This document shows, piece after piece, positions 48,530-59,283 of a DNA stretch of 64,000 bases (positions are counted from its first letter, which is position 1; each line of letters starts with the position of its first letter). Origin of the DNA: a virus (lineage: Duplodnaviria > Caudoviricetes); IMG/VR virus record IMGVR_UViG_3300028171_000090, positions 1-64,000 of that record; one strand, written 5' to 3'. Both the position numbers and the translations under genes were made by a program. The notes beneath the pieces were generated by a model. That model had not been told where the DNA came from. It saw only the letters and a program-made list of their open reading frames with translations, and made no database searches.

Positions 48530-49495
48530 ATGACAAACGAAATTAAGGTAGTAGCACACACAGACACTAGACAGGTAAATGTACGTAAAGTAAAAGCAGT
48601 ACGATTAGAAGAAAAGAAGCCATCAATCATTATTGATGCAGAAACTTCTAAACCTGTAGATGATATTCGTACAGCACGAGTATCACGTGTACCAGCTATG
48701 ACAGATAGCTTATTTAATATCTTAAATGGATTAACTCATTTAAAGCAGTTAATTAATGATAATGAAAAGATTGATATTGAAGATGTATTAAATGTAGTAT
48801 CCGAAGGTACGTTAAATACCTTCGTTACATATTTTATGGATACTCGTATTGATAGATTAAAACGTAGCGGTACATATGATATCGTAAACTTAATTGCATC
48901 GACATTACTATTTGTACATGATTACCTATACACATTAAAAGGTAAATCAATTGTCGATCCAAATGAAATCGATGTAGTGAGAGAACTCTTAACAATGCGT
49001 ACAGCTGATGTAGAGAAGTTCTATAGAGACGATTTCAACTTTGTAATGAAAGACTTTGCTGTTATGAATATGGGTGAGCACATTCCAAGTAAGAAGAAAC
49101 GCTATAAAGGTTCCCAAGTATTTATTAACTTAGGAAACGGAATGTTTAAAGCAATCCCTTATAAATATTATAAGAAGTTAGATAACATGTCTCATGTAGT
49201 GATGAATTACGTAATCCGTGAATATGACCAAAGTCATTCAGAAGGAGAACCTGATTACATCGTTCACTATGAGAAAGAAGTTATCGCTACAAGTGTAACA
49301 GATATCTTTAGAGAAATCTTTGAGTATTGTAGTAAGTTTAACTTCGTTAACATGGAATTAATACATACTGGTGCGGCACTAGAAGTAGAACTAGATGACG
49401 TATTAGTAAAATTCAAGAATGGGAAAAACTCAGAGTCCTTTAGCTCTATCTATGAGTTCCTATTTAAGTATGTTCCGGGAGGTTTCTACATATGA
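48530..49495 (+). CDS. Hypothetical protein
   Basis: AGGGAG RBS. Confidence 0.7.
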   Translation: MTNEIKVVAHTDTRQVNVRKVKAVRLEEKKPSIIIDAETSKPVDDIRTARVSRVPAMTDSLFNILNGLTHLKQLINDNEKIDIEDVLNVVSEGTLNTFVTYFMDTRIDRLKRSGTYDIVNLIASTLLFVHDYLYTLKGKSIVDPNEIDVVRELLTMRTADVEKFYRDDFNFVMKDFAVMNMGEHIPSKKKRYKGSQVFINLGNGMFKAIPYKYYKKLDNMSHVVMNYVIREYDQSHSEGEPDYIVHYEKEVIATSVTDIFREIFEYCSKFNFVNMELIHTGAALEVELDDVLVKFKNGKNSESFSSIYEFLFKYVPGGFYI

Positions 49496-49677
49496 GAGTC
49501 ACTAAAGATACAACGATGAATGACCTCTTTGGAAATGACAGGCTTACAGATAGTAAGCCTGTATTCATCTCTAAGAAAGAGCGAACACAACAATTGATAC
49601 AGAGTAAAGAATTCAAAGATGCTTTTAACCTGTATCATGGTAAAGGTAAACGAAAGAAAAAGAAGAAACGAAAGTGA
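49492..49677 (+). CDS. Small basic protein
   Basis: Coupled start; KGKRKKKKKRK tail. Confidence 0.6.
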   Translation: MRVTKDTTMNDLFGNDRLTDSKPVFISKKERTQQLIQSKEFKDAFNLYHGKGKRKKKKKRK

Positions 49678-49687
49678 GGAGAAACAA

Positions 49688-50008
49688 ATGAGTCCAGAAC
49701 AAATCGAATACGCATTCGAGAAATTCGGTGGTCCTATTAACATTGACCGATTACATTTAAACAATGGTCGTATGTGGACGCATCGTAAAGGTAACAGATT
49801 AAAAGAATGGAACCATAAATTATCCTTATTAATCTTTGAGGAATTTAAACCAGGTTCAGGAGATGTTATTGATCATGCAATCACGTATGATGCAATTGAT
49901 AGTATCTCATTTGAAACAAAAAGAAAGTATGACCCTGATACAGATCACCGTGATCCGATTGAGAAACATGAAGATCGGGAACCAGGTGTTATCATTCCTG
50001 CGGAATAA
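49688..50008 (+). CDS. Hypothetical protein
   Basis: Start at ATG 49688 after GAGGAG. Confidence 0.65.
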   Translation: MSPEQIEYAFEKFGGPINIDRLHLNNGRMWTHRKGNRLKEWNHKLSLLIFEEFKPGSGDVIDHAITYDAIDSISFETKRKYDPDTDHRDPIEKHEDREPGVIIPAE

Positions 50009-50151
50009 ACTTTTATACTGAGTACAACAGTATTATAGAGGACGTATACTCACCCGAATAGATAGTTGTAAAATTTAACTTAAAATATAACTATACATTA
50101 TAAAGGTGAGCAACAATAAAATTATATAAGAAACCTTAGGAGGAATTTATT

Positions 50152-50742
50152 ATGAAAAAGAAACACATCGAAATGATCAAAGCTTACGGACGTATGGAGA
50201 GCCAACGTTTATTACAACTGGAAGAAATGAAAGCTACTTGTGACCACCGTGTGGAAAAGAATAACAATCGTACAGCTTCAGCTCTTAAACCAGTTGGTGA
50301 AACTGGCACTATGTTCAAGTGCACAATCTGCCATGAGAAAATTGATCTATCAGAAATCGATGCTAATGAATTAAAAGCAGCAGCACGTTTAATTAAGAAT
50401 GCTATTAATGCAATTAAAGTAACTGAAGAAGATATGCCTTTCGAGCTATTACAACAGTTCGGTGCTGCACAAGTATTATTACAAAAACTTCCAGAGTCTT
50501 ATAACAGCCTGGTTGTAGAACGTCTACATGATGATCCATACCAAAACCAATACAACGCTGGTCAATTCAACCACAATGGTATTGCAAACATGGGTTACAT
50601 GGACCCACGCCTAGGAGCAGCAGTTAGCAATCCATTAATCGCAATGGGTTATGAGCACCAAGGTAAGAAGAATAAAAACAAAGGTAAAGGTAAGAACAAA
50701 AATAAAAACCGTGGTGGTCGTGGATACTACCCACAATACTAA
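50152..50742 (+). CDS. Hypothetical protein with Zn-binding Cys and basic tail
   Basis: CDH...CTIC; late (50026) and early-type (50092) promoters upstream. Confidence 0.7.
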   Translation: MKKKHIEMIKAYGRMESQRLLQLEEMKATCDHRVEKNNNRTASALKPVGETGTMFKCTICHEKIDLSEIDANELKAAARLIKNAINAIKVTEEDMPFELLQQFGAAQVLLQKLPESYNSLVVERLHDDPYQNQYNAGQFNHNGIANMGYMDPRLGAAVSNPLIAMGYEHQGKKNKNKGKGKNKNKNRGGRGYYPQY

Positions 50743-50826
50743 GAACTCTTAGTATACATAAGAGTATAAGCATTTGCTTATACTCTTTTATTTTTTGTAA
50801 GAATTATTCAAGGAGGAACATAGCAA

Positions 50827-53163
50827 ATGGCTAAAGCATACAATGAAGATTCCATCGAAGTCATAGAGGTCGATGTCGAGCGGATTAAAGAACGCCTTAA
50901 TATGTACATCGGCTATACCAACGCCAAAGCAGTCATCCATTTGATTAAAGAAATTATTCAAAATAGTTTGGATGAAAGTATGGTCGAGGATTCGACTTGT
51001 GATGAGATTACTGTACTATACGATGAAACAACTAAGATCGCTTCTATCATAGATAATGGTCGAGGCATTCCTCATGGAAGTATAGTAAAAGCATTTACAT
51101 ATATTCAATCAAGTGGTAAGTTCAAGAAAGGTAAAGATAGTTCATATAAGTACGCGGCAGGTGAGAACGGTGTCGGTGGTACAGCAACGAACGCTTTATC
51201 AAACTTTATGGAAGTAACTTCATTCCGTAATGGGAAATCATTCAAAGTACGATTCGAGAATGGTTATCCTGTATCAGAAGAATGGGGTAAATGTCCGAAG
51301 AGTAAAACAGGTACAATTGTTACGTTCCAATGTAACGAAGATATCATTGGTAAATACGATGGAGCAATTGGTGGACCTGTAACGGATTTATGTGAGATTC
51401 TAGCTTATCTTGTACGTGGTGTAAAAATCGTATCAGAGATTACACCAAAGAAAGGTAAGAAAGTTATTCGTCATGAATTTAAACCGAAGAATGGTATCGT
51501 TGATTTATTAGCAAAAGCAGCTGGTAAAGATATGATTATGGAACCAGTCTACTTCTATGTGGAAGATGAAGATAAAACTGTTGAGGTTGCATTAACATAC
51601 TCTCCACATGTAGAAGAAAATATTATTAGTTTCGCCAACTACTGTACGACAGTTGACCATGGTACACATGTACAAGGATTCAAGACTGGTCTATCAAACG
51701 TTGTCGGTAAGTTTGTACGCGAAGAAGTATTAAGTAAAACAGAGAAAGACAAATTAAATATCTCTACGGATGATGTGAAGATGGGTCTTGTAGCAATCGT
51801 CAATGCACGACATGTCGAAGCTCATTTCATTGGACAGGTTAAAGAGAAGATTGATAACGAAGACCTGAACCCGTTCGTGAGAAAAGCAACAACAGCAGCT
51901 TTACAGAAATGGTTGAAAGATAAACCAAATGATGCAAAGCGCTTAGGTAAGTACATTAAAGATATTGCAAAGGCACGTTTAGAAACTCAGAAGTTACGTA
52001 AGTCTATTGTTAAGACTGAAATGAATATCTTCAATAGCGAGTTTCCTAAGAACTATAAACCTGCTAAGTTAGATAAAGCAAAAGGTGTTGACTTAGAATT
52101 AATCATCATTGAAGGGGAATCGGCTGGTGGTAGTGCACGTGAAGGTCGTGACGATAACCAAGCATTATTCTACCTGAAAGGTGTATTACCAAATACATAT
52201 GATGCTAAGATTGCAGCAGCACTACAGAATGATGAGATACGCGGTCTAGTCAATGTATTAGGCTGTGGTATCGGTAAGAACTTCGATATTAAGAAATGTA
52301 AGTTCAAACGCATCATAATTATGACAGATGCCGACATCGATGGATACTTCATCACAAGTCTAGCGTCTACATTCTTTACAGTTCATATGCCAGAACTTGT
52401 TATCAATGGTATGGTCTATAAAGTGGTTCCACCACTGTATAAGATTAAAGAACGTAAAGGTGATTTATATCTGAAAGATAATCGTGAGTATTACAATTAT
52501 GTGGATGGTCTTATTGGGAATCAATTAGAGATTGCTGACTTAAAAGGCAAGAAGCTTCCACATGATAAAGTAGCTGAGTTATTATATAATAACCGTCAGT
52601 ACTTACGTACTCTAACAAAACTAGGTAATCGTTTTGCAGTAAATCCTACGTTATTAGAAAACATGGTTTACTACTACGATAAGCCAAGAGAGTTAACGAA
52701 ATATATGAAGACTCTTCCATACTTAAAGTCTGAGAAATTTAAAGATGGAAGTCTTATTATCACAGGTGTATATGATCGTGAGTTCCAGTACTTAAAGCTT
52801 CATGATAAACTGATGAAAAAAGTAGACTCATTATTACATTACATCTATAAAGTAAATGATGGAATGGTTCACTTCAAAGTGAATGGCGAACTAATGACAT
52901 TAGGTCAATTAATGGCTATCGTTAAGAAGTTTGAACCAGAGAATAAGGAACGTTATAAAGGTTTAGGACAGATGTCTCCAGACCAACTATGGGAAACAAC
53001 ATTAGACCCTGAAGAACGTAACTTGATTCAATTGGTATCGGAAGATATCGAGCATGATACAAAACGTTTCGCTGTCTTACATTCGGGTAAGAAAGCAGCA
53101 GCGGAAGAACGTAAGAAATTAATGGCTGCCTTCAAGATTAGTTTCGAGGATATTGATACTTAA
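50827..53163 (+). CDS. gyrB: Type IIA topoisomerase subunit B (GyrB/ParE-like)
   Basis: EIIQNSLDE, DNGRGIP, GENGVG, EGESA, MTDADIDG and RYKGLGQM motifs. Confidence 0.9.
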   Translation: MAKAYNEDSIEVIEVDVERIKERLNMYIGYTNAKAVIHLIKEIIQNSLDESMVEDSTCDEITVLYDETTKIASIIDNGRGIPHGSIVKAFTYIQSSGKFKKGKDSSYKYAAGENGVGGTATNALSNFMEVTSFRNGKSFKVRFENGYPVSEEWGKCPKSKTGTIVTFQCNEDIIGKYDGAIGGPVTDLCEILAYLVRGVKIVSEITPKKGKKVIRHEFKPKNGIVDLLAKAAGKDMIMEPVYFYVEDEDKTVEVALTYSPHVEENIISFANYCTTVDHGTHVQGFKTGLSNVVGKFVREEVLSKTEKDKLNISTDDVKMGLVAIVNARHVEAHFIGQVKEKIDNEDLNPFVRKATTAALQKWLKDKPNDAKRLGKYIKDIAKARLETQKLRKSIVKTEMNIFNSEFPKNYKPAKLDKAKGVDLELIIIEGESAGGSAREGRDDNQALFYLKGVLPNTYDAKIAAALQNDEIRGLVNVLGCGIGKNFDIKKCKFKRIIIMTDADIDGYFITSLASTFFTVHMPELVINGMVYKVVPPLYKIKERKGDLYLKDNREYYNYVDGLIGNQLEIADLKGKKLPHDKVAELLYNNRQYLRTLTKLGNRFAVNPTLLENMVYYYDKPRELTKYMKTLPYLKSEKFKDGSLIITGVYDREFQYLKLHDKLMKKVDSLLHYIYKVNDGMVHFKVNGELMTLGQLMAIVKKFEPENKERYKGLGQMSPDQLWETTLDPEERNLIQLVSEDIEHDTKRFAVLHSGKKAAAEERKKLMAAFKISFEDIDT

Positions 53164-53211
53164 TAGAAGAAGGACAATATAATAAGATACTTGACAGGAG
53201 GAGCCAATAGA

Positions 53212-55656
53212 ATGGTTACAAAAAAGAAAACAAAGAAAACCGATGAAATAAGAGTAGCAAGAGTAAAACGTGTCGAAGAATTTAATATCTTTGATTACAA
53301 TAAAGCTCTGATGATGATATTTAATAAGAACGTCAACTTAGCACGTTCCGTACCCCATGTATTTGATGGGTTAAAAGTAGTAGAACGTCGTGTACTATAC
53401 GCGATGTTCTTTGACCATAAAGGTAAAAAGAAAAAGGTTGCTGAGATTATTGGTACCGTTATTGGTAAGTATCACCCTCATGGTGATTCTTCACCATATG
53501 GTACATTAGTAGGACTAGGGCAACATTGGAACATCTTCCCGCTTATGATTAAACCAGATGGAAACTATGGTTCTCAATATGGTGACACAGCAGCGGCTAT
53601 GCGTTACATTGGAGCACAAATGACAGAGTTTACAGTAGATGCTTACTTCTCTGAATGGAGTAAGACTGTAACAGACTTCAATGAATCCTATACAGGGGAA
53701 TACATTGAACCAGAATATCTACCATCAAAATACCCAATGTTATTCATTAAGAGTATCTTCGGTATTGGTAAAGGTTTAATGACAGGTATTCCACCGTATA
53801 ACTTAATTGAACTATTTGACTTAACAATCAAACTGATTGATAACCCAGATTTAAAGAAAGTATGGTTAGTACCTGATATGCCAAACCGTTGTCTAATTGT
53901 CGATACAGACTTTAAGACAATGTGTGAAACAGGAGAAGGTAAGTTCCGTACTCGTGGTGAACTGATTGTAGAAGATGGGGATTTAATCATTACATCATTA
54001 CCATACGGAGTTTCAATGGACCCATTAGTTGCAAAGATTGTAGAACTTGTTAATGATAAGAAGTTCGAAGGTATTGCAGATATTTATGATGAGTCTCCAA
54101 GAAAAGAGAGAAAGAAAAAAGGGAAAGGTGTAGCTTCAACAGAGCCTGCCAAATTCCGTACTCGTATTAAACTCAAGAAAGGATTCAATCCTGAGAAAGT
54201 GAAAGAAGCGTTGTATCGTTCCACTCCGTTGGAGTCTACACATGTGGTACGATTAGAAGCAACATTCGACTATCAGAACTATCGTTATAGTTTAAAATCA
54301 GGATTGTTAGATTGGATTGAGTTACGTCGTGAAACAAAACGTCGTATCTATGCAAACCAATACTCTACAATTAGTAGACGTATTCATATTCTTGAAACAT
54401 TAATCTCTATCTTATCTAGTAAGGGCGGAGATGCAAAGTTATCCAAACTTGCAAAAGCTTCTCGTAACCGTGGTCAAATGGTTGAGAAGTTAATCAAGGA
54501 CTTTAAGCTTACTGATATCCAAGCAGAAGCAATCGCTGATATGAAAATGTACCAGTTATCAATAGATAACATGGAGTCATTTAAAACAGAGAAGAAAGAC
54601 CTTGAAGCAAAATTAAAAGAAGTTTATGATAAGATGTCAGATGACTCTATCGTAGATGAAGAAATCAAAGCAGAGTTACGTGAAGGGAAAAAGAAATATG
54701 GACGCAAACGTTTATGTGATGTAGTGTCTATTTCTAGTGAACCTCACGTACCAGATACAAACCATACTATCGTTATCACAAAGAAAGGGCTTATTAAGAA
54801 GCTTCCTAACAATGTAGACGGGGTAGGGTTCATCGAACCTAAAGATAAAGCAACTCAGATTATGAAATTGAATAATAAAGAGTCTTTATTGGTATTTGAT
54901 GAAACAGGAAAAGTATATTCAATCGCAGTCAATGATATACCTGAATCAGCATTAGATGAAGCAGGGGTATTATTAAATAGATTAATCGGTATCGGTTCTC
55001 ACCGTATCGTATCTATTCTAAAGAAATATGATGACTGTGATAAGAAAGATGATAAAGGTCCATTCTATGTATTTGCTACAGCAAACGGAATGATTAAACG
55101 TTCTCATTGTGGTAACTACAGTAAAGTAACAAAAGGTGGACTTGTCGGTATTGTATTAAAGAGTACCGATAGACTGGTATCTGTTATTGAGGTGAAAGGT
55201 AATAAAGACATTGTCTTATATACTCGCTCAGGACACGGTATCAGATACAATACAAAAGAAATTCCAGCTACGTTACGTATGAGTTCTGGTGTAATCGGCT
55301 CACGATTAACAGAAGAACAAATGCATGTAACGGGTGGTGTAAAAGGTATGACTCAAATCATGCGAGGAGATAAGTACCTATTCATGTTAACAAACAAAGG
55401 TAATGGTAAGAAATCACCACTGGTTAACTTCACTGATATGAAACGTGGAGATGAGAACGTTCAGTTGTCAGACTTACGTGAAGATGAAATAATCGTGGGA
55501 ATCAAACCTGTCAAAGAAGATGCAATTATTGATGTATTTACTTCTGAGAAGACAGTAGAGATTAACATTACTGATGTACCTGAACTAACTCGTAGAGCGA
55601 AAATGAAAAAGCTTATGGGAGTTCGTAAAGGAGAAAACATTATTGATATAAACTAA
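53212..55656 (+). CDS. gyrA: Type IIA topoisomerase subunit A (GyrA/ParC-like)
   Basis: DGLKVVERR, YHPHGD, AAMRY catalytic Tyr; six-blade CTD; start at ATG 53212. Confidence 0.9.
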   Translation: MVTKKKTKKTDEIRVARVKRVEEFNIFDYNKALMMIFNKNVNLARSVPHVFDGLKVVERRVLYAMFFDHKGKKKKVAEIIGTVIGKYHPHGDSSPYGTLVGLGQHWNIFPLMIKPDGNYGSQYGDTAAAMRYIGAQMTEFTVDAYFSEWSKTVTDFNESYTGEYIEPEYLPSKYPMLFIKSIFGIGKGLMTGIPPYNLIELFDLTIKLIDNPDLKKVWLVPDMPNRCLIVDTDFKTMCETGEGKFRTRGELIVEDGDLIITSLPYGVSMDPLVAKIVELVNDKKFEGIADIYDESPRKERKKKGKGVASTEPAKFRTRIKLKKGFNPEKVKEALYRSTPLESTHVVRLEATFDYQNYRYSLKSGLLDWIELRRETKRRIYANQYSTISRRIHILETLISILSSKGGDAKLSKLAKASRNRGQMVEKLIKDFKLTDIQAEAIADMKMYQLSIDNMESFKTEKKDLEAKLKEVYDKMSDDSIVDEEIKAELREGKKKYGRKRLCDVVSISSEPHVPDTNHTIVITKKGLIKKLPNNVDGVGFIEPKDKATQIMKLNNKESLLVFDETGKVYSIAVNDIPESALDEAGVLLNRLIGIGSHRIVSILKKYDDCDKKDDKGPFYVFATANGMIKRSHCGNYSKVTKGGLVGIVLKSTDRLVSVIEVKGNKDIVLYTRSGHGIRYNTKEIPATLRMSSGVIGSRLTEEQMHVTGGVKGMTQIMRGDKYLFMLTNKGNGKKSPLVNFTDMKRGDENVQLSDLREDEIIVGIKPVKEDAIIDVFTSEKTVEINITDVPELTRRAKMKKLMGVRKGENIIDIN

Positions 55657-55710
55657 GAGATGAGGATATCCTCATCTCTTTCTTTTATTTTTTTATAAGG
55701 AGAGGATAGT

Positions 55711-55977
55711 ATGCACATTTATAAGATTACAAATGGTAATGTATGGGATGGAGGATGGGACTATACCTATATATTACATCCTAACGAATTCAGTGAGCAA
55801 GATTTTAAACTTATTTTAGCAAGTGTAATACAGTTTGCTAAGTTAGAAGATAGAACGATAGATGTAAATGAGATTGAGAAGATTTTATGTGAAGACCACG
55901 GATTTATATCATTAGAACGTGGTGTAACACTTAGTCAATCTATCGATAAACGAAAGTGGAATAATGATGAAGAATAA
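55711..55977 (+). CDS. Hypothetical protein (paralog of 57143-57454)
   Basis: LH..EFSE..F...LCEDHGF. Confidence 0.7.
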   Translation: MHIYKITNGNVWDGGWDYTYILHPNEFSEQDFKLILASVIQFAKLEDRTIDVNEIEKILCEDHGFISLERGVTLSQSIDKRKWNNDEE

Positions 55978-56078
55978 ATAGTAATAACCATACCCTGAGC
56001 TATACATTATCTTAGTGGTATGATAAAAGAATACCAATAAATTATATAGTATGTAAAACATACTGAGGAGGAACTAGC

Positions 56079-56660
56079 ATGAAAAACTTAGAACAAATTG
56101 TACGAACAATCGCAAGAAACCAGAAAGCATTAATGGGTAAAGATATCGTTTGGGATATCAAAACCTATGATGATATTGAAGGCACTATCTTAGAAGAGAT
56201 GGATAATAATCAAGGGATGGTAGAAATGGAACCTACTGACGGGCAGTTTAACGTTACATTCCATATGCTTACGAATTGCTACCATCACTGTAAAGAAACG
56301 AATAGATTAGAATCATTTGAAAATAGATTTAAAGATTACATAGAAGGACTAGGACTTCAATTAAATGAAGAAGTGTTTACGGTACTTCTATTCCTACATG
56401 AAGTAGGTCATGTACAGTTTGAAAAGACTGTACAAGAGTTTGATATATTACGCGAAGCATTCATGATTAATCAGATTCAAGTACATTCATTATCATTAGG
56501 ATTTGAAGAAAAAGATATGAATGATCTACGTTCCGAAGGGTTAAATGTACCTACATTCTTTAATTCCATTGAATGTCATTGTGATATATATGCAATAAGT
56601 CATTTCCTACCAACTTGGAATTTATTAAAGAATGCTGAACTGGTAGGAGGTAATCAATAA
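56079..56660 (+). CDS. HEXXH metallopeptidase-like protein
   Basis: FLHEVGH...ECHCDIYA; early-type promoter at 56001. Confidence 0.55.
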   Translation: MKNLEQIVRTIARNQKALMGKDIVWDIKTYDDIEGTILEEMDNNQGMVEMEPTDGQFNVTFHMLTNCYHHCKETNRLESFENRFKDYIEGLGLQLNEEVFTVLLFLHEVGHVQFEKTVQEFDILREAFMINQIQVHSLSLGFEEKDMNDLRSEGLNVPTFFNSIECHCDIYAISHFLPTWNLLKNAELVGGNQ

Positions 56661-57085
56661 TGACTGAATTCTATCAGCAACATCAAGGTCAAACATTGCA
56701 TATACAATATACTACTATAGAGTTAGGATATTCTAATATTGGTCTTATTGTAATATATATTAAAGATAGTCAAGATAAAGTTATATCTAAATCTGTAAAG
56801 ACTTTACATATAGAATTCGTTCCTACAGGTCTTGCTGATAAAAAAGATGTGAAAAAGATTATGCTACATATGGCATCTAAAGGTAATGAGTTCTATGACC
56901 ATCTACAGGCTTGGTTCCTTACAAAAGGTGAGGTTCATGTTATAGATAGACTGGTGCATATTGATAGACGAGTAATGTTACCTAAAATGAGAAAGAAAGC
57001 AAAGAAAGGTATGGGAGGGTGGTCTAAGAGTCACATTGACCATCTACAAATGATGTTAGCTCAGAATGATGAGAACGGTATTTAG
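56660..57085 (+). CDS. Hypothetical protein
   Basis: TAATG coupling. Confidence 0.65.
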   Translation: MTEFYQQHQGQTLHIQYTTIELGYSNIGLIVIYIKDSQDKVISKSVKTLHIEFVPTGLADKKDVKKIMLHMASKGNEFYDHLQAWFLTKGEVHVIDRLVHIDRRVMLPKMRKKAKKGMGGWSKSHIDHLQMMLAQNDENGI

Positions 57086-57142
57086 TCAACTTCTATAGAT
57101 GATGAAACAATTTAATAGACCATATTATAGGAGGAAACTAAA

Positions 57143-57454
57143 ATGAAAAATAATTTACACGCTTACTATATCCATGAAGGATTATCACGTGAGGATGAAC
57201 CTGTAATCTTATTACATGAAGAAAAGTTTACAGAGGAAGAATTTAAAAAGAAATATGATAATCTTCTAGAAGTTAAGAAGATGACTGAAAGTATTACTGG
57301 TGATAAAGTTGAAATGTTGGACTTCATTACAACTACTCTATGTTCCGAGTACGGATTCGTGAACGCTAATGAGAATATTTGTATCACAGTAAATTTAAAT
57401 AAAAATCTGATTGAGAAAAGTCCAAGAGACTCCAAGGAGGAAACAGCAGAATGA
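57143..57454 (+). CDS. Hypothetical protein (paralog of 55711-55977)
   Basis: LLHEEKFTEEEF...LCSEYGF; promoter at 57106-57117. Confidence 0.7.
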   Translation: MKNNLHAYYIHEGLSREDEPVILLHEEKFTEEEFKKKYDNLLEVKKMTESITGDKVEMLDFITTTLCSEYGFVNANENICITVNLNKNLIEKSPRDSKEETAE

Positions 57455-58302
57455 AAAACCTTTTAGAAGTCTCAATAATACAAACAAAAACAGTTAACAA
57501 ATCAACGAAACCTCAAAAAAGAGGTTTCGTTCTTTTAATAGAATCTTTACATGAAGGTAATACTTTCATTAAATATGATTCATTAGATCAGCTTAAATAT
57601 GAGTTATATCATGATGGAATACAGAAGATATTAGCTGATCATAAGCTACATCAATTCTTAGCATTACTGAATGACAATATGGGTCAATACGTGTTGAACG
57701 GAATCGAAACATGTGTTAGAACGGAGATTGTTGATGACCCCGATTTTAATTTTGCAATAAATCTTATAGCTAAACATATTCGTCGAAAGTATCATTTTAA
57801 TATGAATATTGATATAATGGGCGTTGTGATAGCTAATAATATAAGCGATGTATTTATACAGTGCTTAAAAGAAGAACGAATTTTAAGCAAAGATGAAATG
57901 AATAATTTAGTTGACGAATTATATACAAAATACTTTACGAAAGAGGCTAGAAAAATGTTTACTAATAAAAAGACTTATGCAAATGAAATCTTAATTACAG
58001 AAGGAAAAGGGGATATTGACATGACAAACTTGCCATTACAAGGAAAACTAGTAACAGAAATTCCAGGAACTATTCGTTCAGAACGTAATGGTAAGGTATT
58101 CGTGCATAAAGAAACTGATCCAAACGGAATACCGCTTGCAGTAGAATATCCTAACGGACAGGTGTTCATGCCAAATCCAATGCATTATTCAGGAGGAAGA
58201 CAAACACCACCTCCAGTACAATTAACTTCAGATGAAATAGATTTAATGGATGTATCTAATATGTATCCAACTCAAATTAAAGATATTCTTAAAAATAAAT
58301 AA
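57451..58302 (+). CDS. Hypothetical protein
   Basis: AAGGAGG RBS, coupled. Confidence 0.7.
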   Translation: MKNLLEVSIIQTKTVNKSTKPQKRGFVLLIESLHEGNTFIKYDSLDQLKYELYHDGIQKILADHKLHQFLALLNDNMGQYVLNGIETCVRTEIVDDPDFNFAINLIAKHIRRKYHFNMNIDIMGVVIANNISDVFIQCLKEERILSKDEMNNLVDELYTKYFTKEARKMFTNKKTYANEILITEGKGDIDMTNLPLQGKLVTEIPGTIRSERNGKVFVHKETDPNGIPLAVEYPNGQVFMPNPMHYSGGRQTPPPVQLTSDEIDLMDVSNMYPTQIKDILKNK

Positions 58303-58344
58303 GTATTAAACAAAACCTACTACTATAAAAAGGGAGTAATTAAA

Positions 58345-59283
58345 ATGGCAAAACATGAGACAAATACTAAAAATATGTTAAAAGCATTAAGAGATGTTAG
58401 TGAAAGAAATAATAAGTTATATGGATTAGGTGCAGGTGAGAAACGTTATGTAAAACAGGATATCGGAAATATGGAAGACGTGCATCGAGAGTTTAAGAAA
58501 CCTGAAGAACTTGAAAATGGTACGGGGTATAAAGATGGAGAAGTAATTGATCTTCAAAGAAACGCTTTATTTGATTTAATTGATGGGTTGTGTGATGTAA
58601 TTAAAGACCATGGAGTCCATGATGACTTCGAAGTACCAAGAGGTATCGGTAAAGTTCCATTCATAGATGATATGGAATTTACAGGATTTAACCCTGGTGA
58701 AATAGCATATATTGAACCATTGCACGCGAGCCATTACACTGGAATGAAAACATCACACTTCTATGATATCTATGGGAAAGCTGGTAATTATTCTACGCCT
58801 AGATATGCGCCACGTACAATGTCAGCATACACTATGATGCACCATATTATACATGGTACTGATATGCTTAACTATGATATGGAGATGGACCTTAGAGGTA
58901 GATACCGTCGTATTATAGGGTATGACTTTAACGAAAGTGCTGACTGGAGTTACGAAGCAATTACATTAACAAAGATTCCATTACACTACGTTGCAACATA
59001 TCGTAACTCTCGTATGCTATTCTTATTAACATTAGGCTTTACTACAGCTCTAGCTGACCCAATGTTAAAACGAGTATTCTGGTACAGTATCGAGCATAAT
59101 AGTATCATACCGAAAACGAAATCTGAAGTAGAAAAAGATATGGATAACGTTCGTAATGCATTAAAGCCTAATAAGGTGGTTCCTCAATTAGTTATATGGG
59201 ATTCTATTAGTGCGTATCAGCAACCTAGACCTTTAAGAGGATATTCACATCCTAAGACTAATAAGAAATGGGGAGTTCAATAA
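58345..59283 (+). CDS. Hypothetical protein
   Basis: AAGGGAG RBS. Confidence 0.7.
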   Translation: MAKHETNTKNMLKALRDVSERNNKLYGLGAGEKRYVKQDIGNMEDVHREFKKPEELENGTGYKDGEVIDLQRNALFDLIDGLCDVIKDHGVHDDFEVPRGIGKVPFIDDMEFTGFNPGEIAYIEPLHASHYTGMKTSHFYDIYGKAGNYSTPRYAPRTMSAYTMMHHIIHGTDMLNYDMEMDLRGRYRRIIGYDFNESADWSYEAITLTKIPLHYVATYRNSRMLFLLTLGFTTALADPMLKRVFWYSIEHNSIIPKTKSEVEKDMDNVRNALKPNKVVPQLVIWDSISAYQQPRPLRGYSHPKTNKKWGVQ

